DNA of 64,000 nt from an uncultured Acidobacteriota bacterium. Its GTDB lineage: Bacteria > Acidobacteriota > UBA6911. The translations under genes and the position numbers were made by a program. Shown piece after piece: positions 59,424 to 64,000 of this stretch (position 1 is its first letter; every line of letters starts with the position of its first letter). The stretch is from assembly GCA_963809485.1 (NCBI GenBank), contig CAWEJX010000007.1, positions 544,001 through 608,000 on the forward strand, given 5' to 3'. The notes beneath the pieces were generated by a model that saw nothing but the letters and a program-made list of their open reading frames with translations, was not told where the DNA came from and made no database searches.

Positions 59424-60674
59424 TCAACGATCCGATGCTTTCCCTTCAATTTTCTTCATTGCCTTCATATAGAGCAGCACGGTCCCGACGCCTGCGACCA
59501 GCATCGTGATGCACGTCCAGGCCATGGATAGTGGAGTTCCCCAGATCAGCGGAACGAGAGCCGAGACGACCGAGTTGGCAGCAAGGCCAATAAATCCCTG
59601 GCAGGATGCGGCCAAACCTTTCTGTTGGGGAAACAGGTCGAGCGTCAGCAGGGTGAGGCTGGGCATGGCGATGGACATCCCGGCCACGTATACGAACAGA
59701 GGAACGATGCTCCAGGGAAGCATGGGAGGAAATATCAGGCTGTACAGAAGATTGCCGATGGACGCGATCGTCATGACGATGTATCCGGTAAAAATAGTCC
59801 GGTTGCCGGATATTTTTCCGGCGCAGTAGCCCGATATCCAGGCGCCGATCACCATCGCGGCGGACATGGGTCCGAACAGCCATAGAAATTGGGTCTCCCG
59901 GAGATGCAGGTGTTTCATCAGGAACGTAGGAGCTCCCAGTATATAAATGAAGAATCCCGCGTTGGTGAACGCCATCGAGCCGCACGCCATCAGGAATGCC
60001 GGCTCCGTCATCACTTTCCAATAGGAACGCGCGAGGTATCTGGTTTCCAGACGCTGCCGCTGCTCGCGCGGCAGCGTTTCGGGCAGGAAGCGCCAGGCGC
60101 TGAACAAAATGAACGCCGAGAGGAATACCAGGAAGTAGAAAATCGATCTCCAGCCGAACCAGATCTGCAGCCAGCCGCCGATCACGGGCGCCAGAATCGG
60201 CGCAATGGTGAATATGGTCGACACATGAGCCATCAGCCGCTGGGCGTCCGGCCCTTCGAAAAGGTCGCGCACGACCGCCCGGCCCACAATCATGCCGGCG
60301 CCTGCCGTCGCTCCCTGCAGGGCGCGGAAGAACAAAAGCATATGAATATTGACGGCAAAAGCGCAGCCGGCGGAAGCGGCCAGGAAAACACCCAGTGCGA
60401 TGAGCGTCAGCCGCCGCCGTCCGTAGGCATCCGAAATGGCGCCGTGCCATAGGGACATGACGGCGAAGGAGAGAAGGAAGGCCGTCATGGTCTGCTGGAC
60501 CTCGGCGGCCGAGGCGTGGAGGCCCATCCCGATGGACGGAAGCGAAGGCAGATAGGTGTCGATCGAAAACGGCCCGATCCAGGAAAGCGCCGCGAGCACA
60601 AACGTCACGCCGCCGATCGTGAACCCTGCGGGCAGGTGCCGTTCTTTGATTTCAGGTAAAGCTACAGTAGCCAT
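59424..60674 (-). CDS. Bcr/CflA family multidrug efflux MFS transporter
   Basis: IDTYLPSLP, SDAYGRR, RAVVRD and LPETLP. Confidence 0.9.
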   Translation of the reverse strand: MATVALPEIKERHLPAGFTIGGVTFVLAALSWIGPFSIDTYLPSLPSIGMGLHASAAEVQQTMTAFLLSFAVMSLWHGAISDAYGRRRLTLIALGVFLAASAGCAFAVNIHMLLFFRALQGATAGAGMIVGRAVVRDLFEGPDAQRLMAHVSTIFTIAPILAPVIGGWLQIWFGWRSIFYFLVFLSAFILFSAWRFLPETLPREQRQRLETRYLARSYWKVMTEPAFLMACGSMAFTNAGFFIYILGAPTFLMKHLHLRETQFLWLFGPMSAAMVIGAWISGYCAGKISGNRTIFTGYIVMTIASIGNLLYSLIFPPMLPWSIVPLFVYVAGMSIAMPSLTLLTLDLFPQQKGLAASCQGFIGLAANSVVSALVPLIWGTPLSMAWTCITMLVAGVGTVLLYMKAMKKIEGKASDR

Positions 60675-60810
60675 AAATATACTTTATGATCCCATATTGA
60701 AGCGCTGTTGTTTCGTACGCAGGGAAGCACGCGGCTGGCGGAAGCGCCACGCGGCTCAGCCAAGCGAGGAGGGATTTAGCGCCGAAGCCGGCGTTACATG
60801 CCGGGAATTG

Positions 60811-62145
60811 TTATGTGTACCTGCCGTACTCCTTTGCAGCTTCCATCATTGCGCGCAGGTTGTCGGGATTCCCCTGATCAACGTGGGCGCCGCCGGTCAG
60901 GATAAATCCGCCGCCCGGAGCGCAGACTTCGATGAGTTTCCGGCAATATTCCTTAACTTCCTTGGAGGTGCCCGTGACCATCAGAGAGGACGGCACGTTG
61001 CCCGAGATGCAGCAATTGCTGCCGAGTATTTTCTTGGCCGCGGCCATGTCCGTCCGGTCGAAAAGCCAGGAAACCTCGCCCTTGGGAAATTCGTTGACCG
61101 TCTCGAGCCGCGAGGTGTAGGTTCCCTCCGCGAAAAGCTCGGGGCGGATCCCCTCTTTGATCAGGGCCTCGCAGACCTTCTTGAGCGACGGCCAGTAGAA
61201 TTTCTCGAACTGTTTCGGAGACATGAATCCGTCGGCTCCCTTGTGCAGGGGGAACATAGCCATATAGGCTTTGGAGGCGTTTGCAGAGGCGATGGTTTGG
61301 CGGATTGTGAAATCGGTCACCGCGTCGATGGCTTCCAGGAGAACCTCGGGGCGCCGGTACATGTCCTTGACGATGCCCTTGGTGCCTCTCAAGGTGTCGC
61401 CGATGGTGTCGAACGGGGCTTTGGCAAAAGCCATGCGCGTGGCCGGGTAGCCCGATTGCTGGGCCCACTGCCCGAATTCGGCGATGACTTTCGACCATAC
61501 GGCAAGCTCGTTGCCGACATCGATCAGCGTCTGAGCTGCCTTCTGCATTTTAGGATTCATGTAGGGCATGAACCAGGAGGCTGGCGCTTCGATGATGCTG
61601 GTAAAGGGCGACAGTGTTTTCCACGGTTCGAAGGCGCCGAAAACACGGGGGATGTAGGTCCGCATCCAGAAATCCGAGGGATCCTTGATGAGGAGGTCGT
61701 ACTCGTCCTCGTGCATGTATTCGCCTTCGACGAACTGGATCCCCGTGGCGTTCATGGGAAGGCCGTGTCCCGGCCAGGAGTAGAGTTTGTAATCCAGGAG
61801 TTCGTAAACTCTGCCGGGAAGCACCATCCCGGGGCTGACGGCGAGGTCGGTCTCAAAATGGTCGTAAAATTGTTTCCAGGCCGAGCGGAGCTTGTCGTAG
61901 TCGTAAATGACGGTGTGCAGGTCGGTGCCGGCTATGTAAGCAGGCCAGTTGCCCACGGGAAGGGTAAAGGGCACTCTGTCCGGCTTTTCGACCTTGTAGG
62001 CGCGGATGAACCTTTGCGCCCTTTCGCGGTATTTTTCTCTGGCTTCGGGGCTCGAAAATTTGATGTCGGCATTCAGCCACCCATCGTATCTCTGTGCCTG
62101 TTTTTCGGCCGGCGACAGTTCCGCCCATTTCTTTTCCGCATCCAT
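60811..62145 (-). CDS. Uroporphyrinogen decarboxylase (URO-D/MtaA-like) family protein
   Basis: PDRVP, LRG..DMYRRPE, FMSPKQFEKFYWP, GNVP and GGFIL motifs. Confidence 0.85.
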   Translation of the reverse strand: MDAEKKWAELSPAEKQAQRYDGWLNADIKFSSPEAREKYRERAQRFIRAYKVEKPDRVPFTLPVGNWPAYIAGTDLHTVIYDYDKLRSAWKQFYDHFETDLAVSPGMVLPGRVYELLDYKLYSWPGHGLPMNATGIQFVEGEYMHEDEYDLLIKDPSDFWMRTYIPRVFGAFEPWKTLSPFTSIIEAPASWFMPYMNPKMQKAAQTLIDVGNELAVWSKVIAEFGQWAQQSGYPATRMAFAKAPFDTIGDTLRGTKGIVKDMYRRPEVLLEAIDAVTDFTIRQTIASANASKAYMAMFPLHKGADGFMSPKQFEKFYWPSLKKVCEALIKEGIRPELFAEGTYTSRLETVNEFPKGEVSWLFDRTDMAAAKKILGSNCCISGNVPSSLMVTGTSKEVKEYCRKLIEVCAPGGGFILTGGAHVDQGNPDNLRAMMEAAKEYGRYT

Positions 62146-62268
62146 ATCAGCTCCTGGTTAGCAAATTGCAGCCAAATATAATAGCACAATATTCGCGGCT
62201 TGGAGGCTTTGTGTCTTTGAGTTTTGCAGGCTGTGTTAGAATCGGGCGTAAACGGAGGGATCCTAGCC

Positions 62269-63861
62269 ATGCAACCCGAATCCAGACGGACTTTTCTGAA
62301 ACAAGCGTCCATAGCCGGAGCCGCCTTCGCCGCCGGCCGCCGGCTGAACGGACTCGCAGCGGAATCTTCCCCGGCGCGCGTCTATGTCGATCCCGCGCAG
62401 AAGATCGCGCCCCTGGACCGCAAAGTTTTCGGCTCATTCATCGAACATCTGGGACGTTCGGTCTACGGGGGCATCTACGAACCCGGCTCGAAGCTTGCCG
62501 ATGCGAACGGATTTCGAAAAGACGTACTGGATGAAATCAAAGCGATGGGCGTTCCCATCATCCGGTATCCGGGAGGAAACTTCGTATCCGGCTACAACTG
62601 GCTCGACGGGGTGGGCCCGAAGGACAAACGGCCGGTCGTGCTGGACAAAGCCTGGAACACGCTCGAGCCCAACCAGTTCGGCACCAACGAATTCATGGCC
62701 TGGTGCAAGGCTGTGGGCACGGAACCGCTGATGGGCCTGAACCTGGGGACCGGCACCGCGGAAATGGCGGCGGCGCTGGTGGAATACTGCAATCTGGAAA
62801 AGGGCACGAAATGGAGCGATCTGCGGCGCCAGCACGGAATCGAGCAGCCTCACAATGTGAAATACTGGTGTCTGGGGAACGAAATGGACGGACCCTGGCA
62901 GATCGGCCACATGCCTGCGCGCGAATATGGTCTGAAGGCGCGGGACAGCGCGAACCAGATGCGCATGGTGGATCCGTCGCTTCAGCTGATCGCGTGCGGA
63001 TCCAGCGGCCCGGGCATGGCCACTTATCTCGAATGGGACCGGCAGGTGCTCGAGGAGTGCTATGACATGGTCGACGGCATTTCGTTGCACTGCTACTACC
63101 GGAACGATGCGATGGAGACGGGCGCCGCGGGCGACACTTCGAAATTCCTGTCCTTCAATCTCCAGATGGAAGAGCAGATCGATGAAATCATCGGCGTCTG
63201 CGATTACGTCCGCCGCCGCAAGCGTTCCCGCAAGCAGCTCTGGCTGTCGTTCGACGAGTGGAACGTCTGGTATCGCGCGCGGGGCGGAGACGGAGGCGGC
63301 CAACTGGCGCCGCACCTGCTGGAGGAAGTCTACAACCTCGAAGACGCGCTGCTGGTGGGCGGCTTCCTCAATTCGCTGATGCGCCATGCCGGCCGCGTAC
63401 GCGTGGCTTGCCTCGCCCAGCTGGTAAACGTCATTGCGCCGATCACGACCAATCCCGACGGCTTCTTCCGTCACACGATCTACTATCCGTATCTATGGGC
63501 GCTCCGGTGTGCGCGCGGCGAGGTGCTCGACCTGGCGGTGGAGTCCGCGGCATACGAGGTGCAGGGTGCCGGTCAGGTGCCCTATATAGATGTGGCGGGC
63601 ACCCGGGAAAAGGACACGGTGAGCCTTTTCATAATGAACCGGGATCTGGAGAAGGCGCGGGATGTGGAAGTGGTCTGGCGCGAAGCGCCGCCGCAGCGCG
63701 TGCTCTTCTCGCAGGTGCTGACCGGATCCGACCTTAAGGCCTTCAACAGCTTTGAAAACCCGAACCGGGTAGCGCCTCAGCCCTTCGATGCGCCGAAGTC
63801 GGCTTCGCGCATGGCATTACAGGTCCCCGCCCGCTCCTACACCGTCATCCAGTGGGGATAA
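62269..63861 (+). CDS. abfA: Tat-exported GH51 alpha-L-arabinofuranosidase
   Basis: SRRTFLK, GSFIEHLGR, RYPGGNF, WCLGNEMDGPWQ, SFDEWNVW and AQLVNVI. Confidence 0.93.
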   Translation: MQPESRRTFLKQASIAGAAFAAGRRLNGLAAESSPARVYVDPAQKIAPLDRKVFGSFIEHLGRSVYGGIYEPGSKLADANGFRKDVLDEIKAMGVPIIRYPGGNFVSGYNWLDGVGPKDKRPVVLDKAWNTLEPNQFGTNEFMAWCKAVGTEPLMGLNLGTGTAEMAAALVEYCNLEKGTKWSDLRRQHGIEQPHNVKYWCLGNEMDGPWQIGHMPAREYGLKARDSANQMRMVDPSLQLIACGSSGPGMATYLEWDRQVLEECYDMVDGISLHCYYRNDAMETGAAGDTSKFLSFNLQMEEQIDEIIGVCDYVRRRKRSRKQLWLSFDEWNVWYRARGGDGGGQLAPHLLEEVYNLEDALLVGGFLNSLMRHAGRVRVACLAQLVNVIAPITTNPDGFFRHTIYYPYLWALRCARGEVLDLAVESAAYEVQGAGQVPYIDVAGTREKDTVSLFIMNRDLEKARDVEVVWREAPPQRVLFSQVLTGSDLKAFNSFENPNRVAPQPFDAPKSASRMALQVPARSYTVIQWG

Positions 63862-63867
63862 TCAACA

Positions 63868-63985
63868 TCAAATGCTGAAAAAATAGTATTTATTGTTTTT
63901 CAGCGTATGTCAGCGTTTATCGGCGTTCGTCGGCGTCAAAATTTGGGGACAAGCCCCCAGAGTCGGTCTCAAAACGACTGTCCCG
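63868..63985. repeat. ACGCTGAC-type repeat arm followed by a GGGACA...TGTCCC inverted repeat
   Basis: TCAGCGTATGTCAGCGTTTATCGGCGTTCGTCGGCGT, then GGGGACAAGCCCC...GACTGTCCC. Confidence 0.5.
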
Positions 63986-64000
63986 AGATCCTCGCCGGCA

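Overview
GC-rich bacterial chromosomal window, most likely Acidobacteriota. This is an inference from an Oar-like TonB-dependent receptor with an N-terminal carboxypeptidase-regulatory-like domain, eukaryote-like Ser/Thr kinases and the style of the secreted proteins. The core blocks are citrate lyase citDEF (running off the left edge), a variant System I cytochrome c maturation operon (ccmE-F-X-Y-A-B-C-D, Cys-type CcmE, no ccmG/H seen), a pair of PAS-GAF-GGDEF paralogues (one degenerate), a PilGHI-like ABC/TPR trio, the conserved radA-PIN/TRAM-ispDF-gltX-rlmB block, recQ, a TBDR-tannase-sulfatase locus, two two-component loci, a sirtuin, MFS exporters and a GH51. An accessory tract at about 30.4-37.3 kb holds broken kinase genes, an AAA-DUF4143 ATPase and an RHH-MNT/HEPN toxin-antitoxin pair. 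It is punctuated by small GGGGTCGGACC-ended non-coding elements with stuttered termini. Intergenic DNA is unusually rich in structured repeats: a 5 x 141-bp tandem array ending in a hairpin, a 300-bp TIR element with nested palindromes, a long branched inverted repeat and several 7-10-mer short-tandem-repeat hairpins. I recognised no rRNA, tRNA, CRISPR array or intact transposase. All calls are by eye, without database searches.
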